Source: Octopus vulgaris
Taxonomy: Eukaryota
DNA: 64,000 bases
Direction of reading: 5' to 3'
NCBI GenBank assembly: GCA_951406725.2
Contig: OX597832.1
Span: 71,052,001-71,116,000 of the forward strand
Under the pieces are notes generated by a model. That model searched no databases, had not been told where the DNA came from, and worked only from the letters and a program-made list of their open reading frames with translations. Below are positions 51,428-64,000 of the stretch, piece by piece; position 1 is the stretch's first letter; each line of letters begins with the position of its first letter. The translations under genes and the position numbers were made by a program.

Positions 51428-51812
51428 AGGCACAGGCATGGCTGTGTGGTAAGAAGCTTACTTCCCAACCGCATGGTTCCAGGTTCAGTCCCACTGCATG
51501 ACACCTTCAGTAAGCATCTTCTACTATAGTCTCAGGCCAAACAAAGCCTTGTGAGTAGACTTGGTAGATGGAAACTGAAAGAAGTCTGTTGTATATATAT
51601 ATACGTCTATGTTTGTGTTTGTTCTCCATCACTGCTTGACAACCAGTGTTGGTGTGTTTATGTCCCCGTAACTTAACGGTTCAGCAAAAGAGACCTACAG
51701 AATAAGTATTAAGCTTAAAAAATAAGTTCTGGGGTCGATTTGTTCAACTAAAACCCCTTGAAGCAGTGCTCCAGTATAGCCAGAGTCAAAATGACTGAAA
51801 AGAATAAAAGAA
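51428..51812 (+). mobile_element. Full-length copy of the abundant tRNA-derived SINE
   Basis: ggcacaggcatggctgtgtggtaag...ggttcagtcccactgc...atgactgaaaagaataaaagaat. Confidence 0.85.
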
Positions 51813-52054
51813 TACTTTGTCAGTCAGGCATGCTAAAAAAAGAATGCAACCATCTCAAGATACATATAACACTAAAAGGAACAAAATACTGATGTTGATA
51901 TTAACAAGGATGGCGGTTTGATTGAGCAGTTCATGTCCCAACCATGTTATCTATGCATAATCTCGATAATTAGTAGCATCAGAAGAAGGGCAACCAAATT
52001 TGCATTGTGAAAATAATGAAGATAACTTTGTGTCCCAAGAAGGAAAGGTATCCA

Positions 52055-54048
52055 TAAGTGGACTGGCTACATCCCAGGTAGAGGCCACGGGTTATGGTCT
52101 CACTTGTCCTGCCGGGTCTTCTCACGCACAGCATACTTCCAAAGGTCTCGGTCTCTAGTCATTTCCTTGGTGAGACCTAAAGTTCGAAGGTCGTGCTTCC
52201 CCACCTCGTCTCAAGTTTTCCTGGGTCTACCTCTTCTACAGGTTCCCTCAACCGCTAGGGTGGGGCACGTAGCATAGCTGTTCATACACATGCATCATAC
52301 AGTCTGCCTTTTACTCTGAGCGAGAGGCCTTTTGTCTCTAGCAGAGGTAAGAGCTCTCTGAAATTTGCCCAGGCTATTCTTATTCTAGCAGTTACACTTT
52401 CAACACACCCGCCCCCGCTACTGACTTGGTCACCTAGGTAACGGAAGCGAACAACTATTTCTAGTTTTTTCTCCCTGGAATGTGGCGGAAGTTGGTCTCT
52501 GTGCATTTTCAGTTTTTATTGCTCCCGAGTATCTGCCACATACAAAAACTATCTTCCTAGTTAGCCTTCCGTTGACTTGGTGCATCTTATAGAGTTTCTA
52601 CCTACGCCTTTTCTACAGATCAAGCAGGACTATCTACCTGAAGACGTTTGTGACTTGTCTACCTTCCTACTTATTAGGACATTGGTTTTAGCTAGGTTGA
52701 CTCTAAGGCCATTCGATTCTAATCCTTGCTTCCACACCTGAAACTTCTCCTCCAGTACTGATAGTGACTCAGCAATTAGAGCAAGGTCATCAGCGTAGAG
52801 GAACTCCCAGGGGCATCCTGTCTTGAATTCCTCTGTTATTGCCTGGAGGACTATGATAAATAGGAGGTGGCTGAGGACTGAACCTTGGTGGACCCCTACC
52901 TCTACCCGGAATTCTTCACTGTACTCGCTGCCAACCCTCACCTTACTAGCAGCATCCCTGTACATGGCTTGCACAGCTCTCACTAACCATTCATCTTTCC
53001 CTAGTTTCCTCATTGACCACCAGATAAGGGATCGGGGGACCCTGTCGAAGGCTTTCTCCATGTCAACGAAAGCTAGGTACAGGGGCTTATCTTTGGCTAG
53101 GTATTTCTCCTGCAGCTGTCTTACCAGGAATATGGCATCAGTTGTACTTTTCCCTGGCATGAACGCAAACTGCATCTGATCTAAACTAACTCTCTCTCTC
53201 TAATTAGTTGGGCTATGACCCTCTCCGTAACCTTCATTACCTGATCCGTAATTATTTGTATCTAGGGTGTCACCTTTACCTTTGTAGCAGTTGACTATTA
53301 TGCTGCTACACCAGTCATTGGGTATGACTCCTTCGTGAATCACCTGGTTAACTATATGGGTGACTAGGCTATAGCTGACACTACCAGATATTTTGAGCAT
53401 CTCTGCAGTAATTCCTAATGGGCCTGGGGCTTTCCCTGTCTTCAAGCTTCTAATTGTCTTAACTACCAAGGAACTGTCAACTCGGATAGCTGGTCCCTCT
53501 GTCGGGTCGACATTTGGCAGACTCTCTGTATCCCATTCATTTTCTTTATTCAGCAACCTTTCATAGTGGCATCTCCAAACCTCTCTCTTTGCATCCTCAT
53601 TTAGCGCAAGTGAACCATCATCCATGCGAACACATTTCTCTCCTACCACATCACGATTCTCTCTCACACACTGTCATGAAACACGAAATACCTCAAGTCT
53701 TTGGTCCTCACGGTGCAGAACATTGGCAAATTTTTTCTTATCTGCTTCCCCTCTGGCTAAATAAACCTGTCTCCTAAATTCTCTTTTGGCAGTCTGATAC
53801 AATTCCCTGCTACCCGCATTCTTCTAGTCCTTCCAAGTCTGTCTCTTTTCTCTAATAGCCCTCTCTACAACATAGTTCCACCACCATGTTATTTTAGGTC
53901 GAGATGGGACTTTGCACCAACAACAGATCTGGTCAGTGGCCCTCAGCAGGTTGTCCCTTAGAAACCTCCAGTTGTTTTCTACCCCATGTGAAGCTATATC
54001 CCCTTCTACTTCATCAAAGGCTTCAAGTAATATGTCCCTAAATCTCTG
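52055..54048 (-). mobile_element. RTE-clade LINE fragment (RT and 3' region), 5'-truncated at a microsatellite
   Basis: GKAPGP, YKGKGD, QFAFMPGKSTTDAIF, FVDMEKAFDRV, GVHQGSVLS, LYADD and FRYLG (ORFs 53200..53667, 52630..53175, 52282..52506). Confidence 0.92.
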
Positions 54049-54050
54049 TC

Positions 54051-55981
<1,931 letters not shown>

Positions 55982-56172
55982 TGAGTATTTAAGTAGACAA
56001 AGATAACCGATACTTGGGTAGCAAACTCATAACAGAAAGAGCACGATTGAAGTTACAACCATAGGGCATAAATTCCGTGCCTTAGTGCGGAAATTTGAAG
56101 TTTAATTTAATATAATAAGTATAGAAGAGAATGGAGCTGAATGAAGATTTAACAAAATTCCCTTATTATTTT

Positions 56173-56258
56173 ATTTTCGACATATGTTTCGAAGTCTGCA
56201 AAATCCCTAATTCTGAATGAATAAGGAGTCCATTATGTAGCTTTCTCTTCAGGAAAAT
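56173..56258 (-). ncRNA. Type I hammerhead ribozyme, intact core
   Basis: attttc-CTGAAGA-gaaagctaca...tgcagacttc-GAAA-catatg-TC-gaaaat. Confidence 0.85.
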
Positions 56259-56698
56259 CCAGGAACTTCTTTCGCCAACAAAATGCACAACAAGTTTTTC
56301 GATGACTGCTCACGAAGAGCCCATAGCGATAATGATAAATAATGTCTATTTATAGGGGGTGATGTTAGATTGGTTGAAAGTAGGAGAAACTGGCAGTTAA
56401 AATAGTTCAAGGGTTCAATCGAGGTTGGAGAAGGAAGGTAAAAGAATATTAAAGTGAGGGAATGTATTCTGTATGACTGGTGTTTATATTTGATTTATTT
56501 TATGAATGAGTGCTCGTATGTATGAGTGTGTATAATTGCCTTAATGTGTGTGTGTGTGTCTGTGAATGCGTGAATGTGTGTGTAGAAGGCAGGTCACCCC
56601 CCTATAAATAGACATTATTTATTATTATCGCTATGGGCTCCTCGTGAGCAGTCATCGAAAAACTTGTTGTGCATTTTGTTGGCGAAAGAAGTTCCTGG

Positions 56699-56784
56699 AT
56701 TTTCCTGAAGAGAAAGCTGCATAATAGAGTCCTTATTCATTCAGAATTAGGGATTTTGCAGACTTCGAAACATATGTCGAAAAT
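56699..56784 (+). ncRNA. Type I hammerhead ribozyme, intact core
   Basis: attttc-CTGAAGA-gaaagctgca...tgcagacttc-GAAA-catatg-TC-gaaaat. Stem I is 6 bp, stem II is extended, stem III is the palindrome ACAUAUGU, and the predicted cut is after C56778. Confidence 0.88.
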
Positions 56785-56885
56785 AAAATAAGTGAATTTT
56801 GTTAAATCTTCGTTCAGCTCCATTCTTTCCTATGATTTTGATTTTGATTTTTCCAGTTTCAGCTAATGAGCTGTGGCCATGATGG

Positions 56886-56888
<3 letters not shown>

Positions 56889-56933
<45 letters not shown>

Positions 56934-57595
56934 TATTTATATATATACATACATATATATACATATATATTTATATATACATACATATATATACATATAT
57001 ATTTATATATACATACATATATATACATATATATATATATACATACATATATATATACATACATATATACACATATATATATATATACACATACATATAT
57101 ATATACATATATATATATATATACATACATATATACATACATATATATATACATATATATATACATACATATATATATATACATACATATATACATACAT
57201 ATATATATATACATACATATATACACACATACATATATATATACATATATATATACATACATATATATATATACATACATATATACACACATATATATAT
57301 ATATATACATACATATATATGCACACATATATACATATATATATATACATACATATATACACATATATACATATATATATATACATACATATATACACAT
57401 ATATATACACACATATATATATACATACATATATATATACTTACATATATATATATACATACACATATATATACATACATATATATATACATACATACAC
57501 ATATATATACATACATATATATATACATACATACACATATATATACATACATATATATATACATACATATATATATACATACATACATACATATA

Positions 57596-57640
<45 letters not shown>
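56889..57640. repeat. Compound (TA)n/(TACA)n microsatellite
   Basis: Directly visible. Confidence 0.97.
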
Positions 57641-57646
<6 letters not shown>

Positions 57647-58318
57647 TAGTTATCGCCATACTAATATGGCAATCTTATAAATATAAGACTAAAGCTGTCG
57701 ATGATTAGCTCCAAGAGGCCACCGCCTCAAGCTAGCTATTTGACACACAAACTGCGTCCATTATAGACTTTCGAACAGGGAAGGTCAGCTGCTTCATCCT
57801 GCTAGTCAGACAGCTGCAGACGCTTTTCAGGGTAGTTGCCCTTTATCAATGCAGTGTAGTCAGACCCAGCAGGATGAAGCGGCTGACCTCCCCTGTTCGA
57901 AAGTCTATAATGGATGCAGATTGTGTGTCAAATAGCTAGCTTGAGGCGGTGGCCTCTTGGAGCTAATTATCGACAGCTTTAGTCTTATATTTATAAGATT
58001 GCCATATTAGTATGGTGATAACTATTAATTTCCAGTAACGCTGCCGTAATCTCTTTTAGAGAAACTTAGTAATTTTAATATTTCTATTATTGAAAACAAG
58101 TGGATATATTCCACCAAAACTAGGTAAATAGATTCTTCGAACAGGGACGGTCAGTAGCGACACCTGCTGGGTCTGACTACGCTTGTTTTCAATAATAGAA
58201 ATATTAAAATTACTAAGTCTCTCTAAAAGAGATTACGGCAGCGTTACTGGAAATTAATAGTTATCGGCATACTAATATGGCAATCTTATAAATATAAGAC
58301 TAAAGCTGTCGATAATTA
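57641..58318. repeat. Double foldback: X / hammerhead loop / X' Y' / spacer / Y X(partial)
   Basis: 57641-57802 is inverted at ~57868-58030; ~57963-58100 is inverted at ~58181-58318. Confidence 0.9.
57814..57854 (-). ncRNA. Degenerate hammerhead motif
   Basis: ctgca-tTGATaA-aggg caacta ccct-GAAA-agcg-TC-tgcag. Stems I and II are perfect and the core has two substitutions. Confidence 0.6.
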
Positions 58319-58320
58319 AC

Positions 58321-59990
58321 TACAAACACACAGACTCACACTCATACCTAACTTCTCTTCCTCCCACCCAAAACACACCAAGCTTTCCATCCCCTATTCC
58401 CAATTCCTCCGTCTACGTAGGTTCTGTAGTGACGACCATGACTTTGAGACTCAGTCTCAACGCATGGCTCGCCACTTCATCCTACGTGGATACCTCCTCA
58501 CTACTATCCACACCGCCCTTGCCAGAGCACGTTCCATAGACCGTGCATCTGCTCTCTCCCCCCGAACCCGTCCTGTAGTCTTCCGCCTCCCTTATCCCCT
58601 CACTTACTACCCCACGACCCTACCTCTCCAACGCACCATTCTTCCAGCTTTCCGGCATCTCCAGTCCGACCCGTCTACTTCACACCTCTTCCCTAACCGA
58701 CCCCTCCCCTCCCTCAAACAAGCCCATAACCTACGAGACCTTTTGCTCCACAGCTCCTTCCCTGACCCTACCTCCCAATCTGGCTCGTTCCCCTGCTCCC
58801 GCCCACGTTCCCACACTTGCCCTTACCTCTCCAACACCACCCTCCTCACAGGCACCCATCATCGAATCCTTCACCTGCAACTCTAGCAATATCATCTATT
58901 GCATCTCCTGCTCTCTCTGCCATTCCCTGTACATCGGACGAACGGGACGCCACTTGGCTGACCGGTTCGCAGAACACCTCCGAGATATCCGCCTTGCCAA
59001 TGACACACCGGTCTCACGCCATTTCCGCTCCACCGGTCACTCCTTGCAACACCTGTCTGTGTTCGGTTTGTCCTTGCACAGAGGCCATCCGGATTCCCGT
59101 TTGCGCCGTGAACAGGGATTAATCTTCTCTCTTCGCTATTTTACGCCATTTGGTCTCAACTCTCCCCCCCCTCCTCATCTAACCTTCCCCCGACTCCTGC
59201 TTCTCTTCGGTCCATCTTTTCACCCGTACTCTCTTTCCCTCCTCTTCTTTCCTCTTTCTTCTTCCCTCTTCCCCTTCTCTCTTTCTCTCTGCTCCCTCAC
59301 TCCCCTTCTCTCCCCATCTATCCTCTCCTCCTCCTATCCCCTCCTTTCCCATCCCCCTCCTCTTCTCTTCTCCTTCCTTCTCCCCCTTCCCCCTCCTCCC
59401 CCTCTTCTCCTCTTTCCTTCTCCCCCTCTCCCCCTCACCCTCCTCACTCACCTTTCCTCTTCTCCCTCCTCCCTCCTCTTTCCTTCTCCCCCTCTTCCCC
59501 TCTCCCCCTCCCCCTTATCTCCCCTCTCTCACTCTCCCCCTCATCTCCCCTTCTACACTACACCATTACACATCACATCATACATACATACACATGTCCA
59601 GACCTTTCATATGCACCACATACTCTCACATACACACACGCACCCTTATGTTGGGGCGAAGTCATTTGACCCTGTTATCTCCCCTATTTTCGCTCTTGCG
59701 TCTCACGTTTGATCTCTGACTTCTGGCCAGAATCAGATCGCCATGTTGAATCGCTAACTTCTGCATGCACTTTTTTCTCTCCTTGTTTCTCTCCGTGTTT
59801 CTTTTCTGTGCATCTTTCTGTTGAAGAGCGTAGGCGTGTTTCTTTTCTGTGTATCTTTCTGTTGAAGACCGTAGGCTCGAAACGTAAAAGACTTGTTTTA
59901 TTTATATTCCTCAGTGCCATACTAATACAATTGTTTGTTTGTACTCCACCTGCCTTCGTCTTTTGCTTATTTTCATAAAGCTTCCCGTCA
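58321..59990 (+). mobile_element. 5'-truncated Penelope-like retroelement (RT thumb, GIY-YIG endonuclease, 3' pseudo-LTR)
   Basis: YKHTDSHSYL..SSSHPKHTKLSIPYSQFLRLRRFCS; CSRPRSHTCPY; SNIIYCISCSLCHSLYIGRTGRHLADRFAEHLRDIR...VSRHF...RLRREQ...PFGLN; then a CT-rich tract and a hammerhead-containing terminal repeat. Confidence 0.92.
59854..59891 (+). ncRNA. Minimal hammerhead-like motif (A6U variant), preceded by a partial tandem duplicate at 59813-59835
   Basis: tcttt-CTGtTGA-a-gacc gtag gctc-GAAA-cg-TA-aaaga. Confidence 0.6.
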
Positions 59991-59997
59991 TATATAT

Positions 59998-60028
<31 letters not shown>

Positions 60029-60086
60029 CTAGCAGAGATACCTGGCGTTGCCCGGTTACATTCAATAGAAGAATTAGTTTTTTCTG

Positions 60087-60128
<42 letters not shown>

Positions 60129-61561
60129 ATACACAAACACACACACACAAATATATGTATATTAATATAAATACATGAAAGTACATGAAGTTTGTTAAAA
60201 AAAACAGGATCATGTATATACCTCCTGGCTGTTGAGATTTTCATACCTCGTTGTAAACAATGTTCCTTGTTTTTCCTTGTGGAGAATATACAAAAAGGTT
60301 TCTTTTGGTTCCTACTCTTAAGCAGCCAACATACAGTTGCCTATGCGAGAAGCAGGGCTCTTCCAAGAGAAGACCAGCTACAGAGAGGATTTGACCTTGA
60401 GATTTGTTAATGGACATGGCAAAGCTGACACGAAGGGGGAATTGCAGTCTTCTGAATGTAAATGGAATTTCTGCTCCTGATGGAGTAAGAGGAAATCTTG
60501 GAATAAAGACGTCATCACCTTTTCCACATCCAGAAAGAATGATCGCCTCGATAACATGTGACATCATTTTCTTTATCACCAGTCATGTTCCATTGCAAAG
60601 TCTTGGTGGTTCCAGATTGCGGAGTAGCATTACAGAAGTTCCAACTTTAAGTGGTAATATGTGTGGAGGTAGTCGAGGAGGGTCCAGTGAATTGAGAAAT
60701 TTAGGAGGATAGTTCACAACTTCATTTATATCTGGAATTGTATCAACAGACTTGTAAGTGTGTATAGTGCCGGGAAGAGAATGCATTAGCTGTTGATTAA
60801 TTTTGTTAACAGTGACATTTTTTGGAGCTAATATTGCTCTTTCACACAGCCAATTGTGATTTTGGTAGTTTTGTGTGAAGTTGGGAAAGACTTTGTTTTT
60901 GAGGTCATCTACAGAATTAACAGAGGAAAATGACCACACTTCCATTTGTCCTGCAGCATCGAGAGGCATCTTGCCTTCACCAAGTGTCAAAATGTCCTGT
61001 GCAAACTTTGTGGACATTTTGTTGCCATGTAGCTGAGCTCTCATGTTAGTGGTGAGACTAAAGATTGTAACATGATGCCACAGGGTAGAGGACTTTAGGC
61101 ATGCTTGAACTTCATCAGCTCTAGTGCCTTTCGGAATGACAGGAAGAGTTTGCCTGAAATCACCTGACAACAGAAGCGTTACACCTCCCATTGGAGCCTG
61201 ACAGTCTCGGATGTCTTTCAGGGCTCTATCAAAGCTCCCTTGTGAGCCACAGTGCACTCATCCCAGACAATTACATAACACATTTCAAGTACTTGTCCCT
61301 GATCTGAGCTTTTGTTGATGTTGCATGAAGGCATTTGAGTGTCGTAGGTTGTTTCACGAATGACAGCAGTGGGGAGGCTATTTGACCCTGACCTGAATGT
61401 ATGAATGCCTGTATATATGTACAAAATCCACTGAGAAGGCTTTTGTTGGTCTGAAGCTACAGCAGAAGACACATGCCAAGTCACCACACAGTGGGACTGA
61501 ACCCAGGACCATGTGTTTGGAACGTAGTTTGTTACCACACAGCCACACCTGCCCCTATGTA

Positions 61562-61592
<31 letters not shown>

Positions 61593-62606
61593 ACGGGTAG
61601 ATATATTATGCATGTATATATGTGTATATATATGTGTACATATTACATGTACATCTATATATATACATCTACACATAAAATACAAAATACAAGTTATATC
61701 TTGATATCGCTAGTGATAACAATACTCAAAATATATAACAGACTGGAATTGTAGGCCCGTCTCTTGCAATTTCGATCAATTGGATCTTGTCCTCCCTCCT
61801 GTATAGAAGTGTACGGCTGCAACAAAATTCATTTGTGGACTTTCTTCTATCGAAGGCATTTTAAGAAAAATGCTTCCGTAAAGACGGTGAAAATATTGTC
61901 AATTTCCCCAAACAGGGACACAATTCAATTTTTAAACAATAACCAAAGCCCCTTCTCCGAAAGGGGGAGGGTTACGGTTTACAATTATTTAACAAATGCA
62001 ACACAACAACGTTTTCTTGACGAGGAACCAACAAACGTGATTACAATAGTCAAACAGTAATAATAATAACAATAAACCTTTTTGATTTATCCCCATTTAT
62101 GTGAAACCACTTATTCAAGTTCAAGTCATTGATGCAATTTTATACGAATTGCTAATACACACACACACACACACACACACATAATAAGGGTTAAAAAATG
62201 AATATTAATTTGATTAATATGAATTGAAAACCAGTGGTGTAGCATATAAGACATTAGCGGATCTTCCTCTAGCAAAAAGGACGACCACTATTAATGGCTC
62301 ATCCCTGTTATATAATACTTTCACTTTAACAGTTTCACACTTGCAAAGAGAAAGTAGGAGAAAGTGTGGCGGTAATGGAAGGAGTGAAGCACTTGAAATG
62401 AGAGAGGCAAATCGTAAAATATTGAGTTTTATCGAATTTTTGCTTAATTGGGGGTCAAATTGAAAAAACTTTATATTACATGACCCAATCGTATCTACTT
62501 GGAAAAATCATTGGTAAATTCCAATTGAAGAAATTCTATATTGTAGAATTGTATTAAAAACGAACATGAGAACAGGCAGAGAAAATCTGCCTTTTATCAT
62601 AAGAGA
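60029..62606 (-). mobile_element. Internally deleted Helitron with both termini
   Basis: On the minus strand the 5' end is A|TCtcttatgataaaaggcag (62606). The 3' end has the hairpin accgggcaacgccaggt (60040-60056), then CTAG|T (60029). Pif1 helicase coding sequence lies inside. Confidence 0.85.
60241..61380 (-). pseudogene. Helitron Pif1-family helicase C-terminal half, frameshifted
   Basis: IVWDECTVAHK, GDFRQTLPV, NMRA, RAILAPKN, LLRNLEPPRLCNGT, RLQFPLRVSFAMSINKSQGQ and FSHRQLYV. Confidence 0.93.
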
Positions 62607-62644
62607 TTCACACATATATATATATATATATATATATACGTATA

Positions 62645-64000
62645 TACGATGCCATCCACTCGTGACCGAGGAAGACCATTGCCGACCTTCAGGAACATTG
62701 TGCGCTCTAGGACTAACTTATATTTTGCATTTGCGGCTCCGTTGGTGGCTAATGAGCCCTGCTCTTGACAAGCATACACGACTGTAAACATTGCAGACCA
62801 AGCTTTCCCCCATTCACTATACGAGCCGTGCGCCTTCGAGCAGCTCACTTAAGTTTTCTCTCTCAAAAGTGTCGATCCCCTCCTTAACCTACTTCCTCCA
62901 TCTGTGGCCATGATAGGCATTGTTCTCCCAGTCAGTGTCCTGCATATCACAGGTCTTTAATGAGGACTTGACACAGTCCTTAAATCGCAGCCATGGTTTC
63001 TGCCGGAGTCTCCTTCCATTCACAAGTTCTCCATAGAGCATCTGTTTAGGAATCCTTCTATCCTTCATTTTAATAAGGTGTCCAGTCCAACGCAACCGGT
63101 GCTTGTGCACCATCACCTCAATACTCAAGATATCAGCTGTCCTCAGGATCTGTGTGTCTGGAATTTTTGAGGTCCAGCCAACATTGAGAATGTGTCTGAG
63201 ACATATCTGATGAAAACGTTCGAGGACCCTTACCTGACATTTGTACAGAGTCTATGTCTCACATGTGTAGAGAAGCGATGTCAGTACACAAGCACAGTAC
63301 ACAGCAACTTTTGTTCTCCTTGCGATGCCATGTTGGGACCAGACACGAGACTGAAGGGACCGGAAGGAATTAGTTGCTCTCTGCAACCTGAAAGATATTT
63401 CCTCATCCAGGGAGCAAGAACGGCTGAGTGTAGACAAACTTGTCAACTCCCTTCAGAATTGTTCCTTCAACCAAGATAGCTGGTTCTATATATGGATTTC
63501 CTGGTGCAGGCTGGAACATTACAACAGTCTTGTCCAGGCTAATGCTGAGTCCAAATGCCCTGCAAGAAGCAGAAATGCAATTCATGAGTATTTGCATGTC
63601 ATCCACTGTATGAGTGACTAAGTCACAGTCATCTGCATAAAGGAGGTCACAAATAATAGACTGGGGAACCTTTGAATTGGCAGCAAATCAGGGAAGATTA
63701 AAGAGGCGGCCAGAAGATCGATATCTGACATATATTCCCAGAGAGCTAACCTTAGCAAAAGCAGCAGCAAAGTACAAAGAAAAGAGAGTTGGGGCAAGGA
63801 TGTCACCCTGCTTGACACCATTCTCTACAGGAATGTGTCACGCCATGGCACCACCAACATTGACCCAAGTCTCCATCCCATCATGAAATGATTTAATTAT
63901 AGATACAAAGTGATTCGGACATCCAAGTTTGCCAAGTATTTTCCATAGAAAGGCCCCATTTACAATATCAAAGGCCTTAGTTAAATCAATGAATACCTGG
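62645..64000 (-). mobile_element. RTE LINE 3' half, frameshifted, running off the window end
   Basis: FIDLTKA, GVKQGD, LYADD, LLYTCET, RLRWTGH..MKDRRIPKQMLYGEL; 3' stem-loop ggtcttcctcggtcacgagtggatggc. Confidence 0.92.

Larger units (their letters stand above)
56128..56826. repeat. Foldback inverted repeat (arms 56128-56362 and 56594-56826) with hammerheads
   Basis: ~235 bp arms with few mismatches and a 231 bp spacer. Confidence 0.95.

Noticed and set aside
59160-59712. Pro/Leu/Ser-rich extension of ORF 58954..59712
   Set aside because: It is read-through of a CT-rich low-complexity tract after the PLE GLN terminus.

Overview
Eukaryotic, AT-rich, microsatellite-dense animal DNA. The SINE, LINE and microsatellite repertoire looks cephalopod (Octopus-like); this is an inference. 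Only one host coding exon could be supported: the terminal exon of an ANKRD39-like ankyrin gene on the - strand (49849-49995). The rest is mostly transposon-derived: a near full-length frameshifted RTE LINE (8.4-12.45 kb) and other RTE fragments, a complete Mag-like Gypsy LTR element with TSD, PBS and PPT (28202-32967), a Helitron with both termini (60029-62606), Penelope-like (PLE) fragments, R4/Dong-like and mariner fragments, and many tRNA-derived SINEs. The most striking unannotated signal is at least 12 type I hammerhead-ribozyme motifs from about 7 unrelated sequence families, read by eye. Most sit in foldback (inverted-repeat) units in which the two ribozyme copies point outwards. One lies in a ~355-370 nt tandem monomer (retrozyme-like) and several adjoin PLE GIY-YIG C-termini. 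Some have intact cores (13246, 13628, 56173, 56699) and others carry family-fixed core variants. Coordinates of degenerate elements are approximate and no alignments or folding were run.
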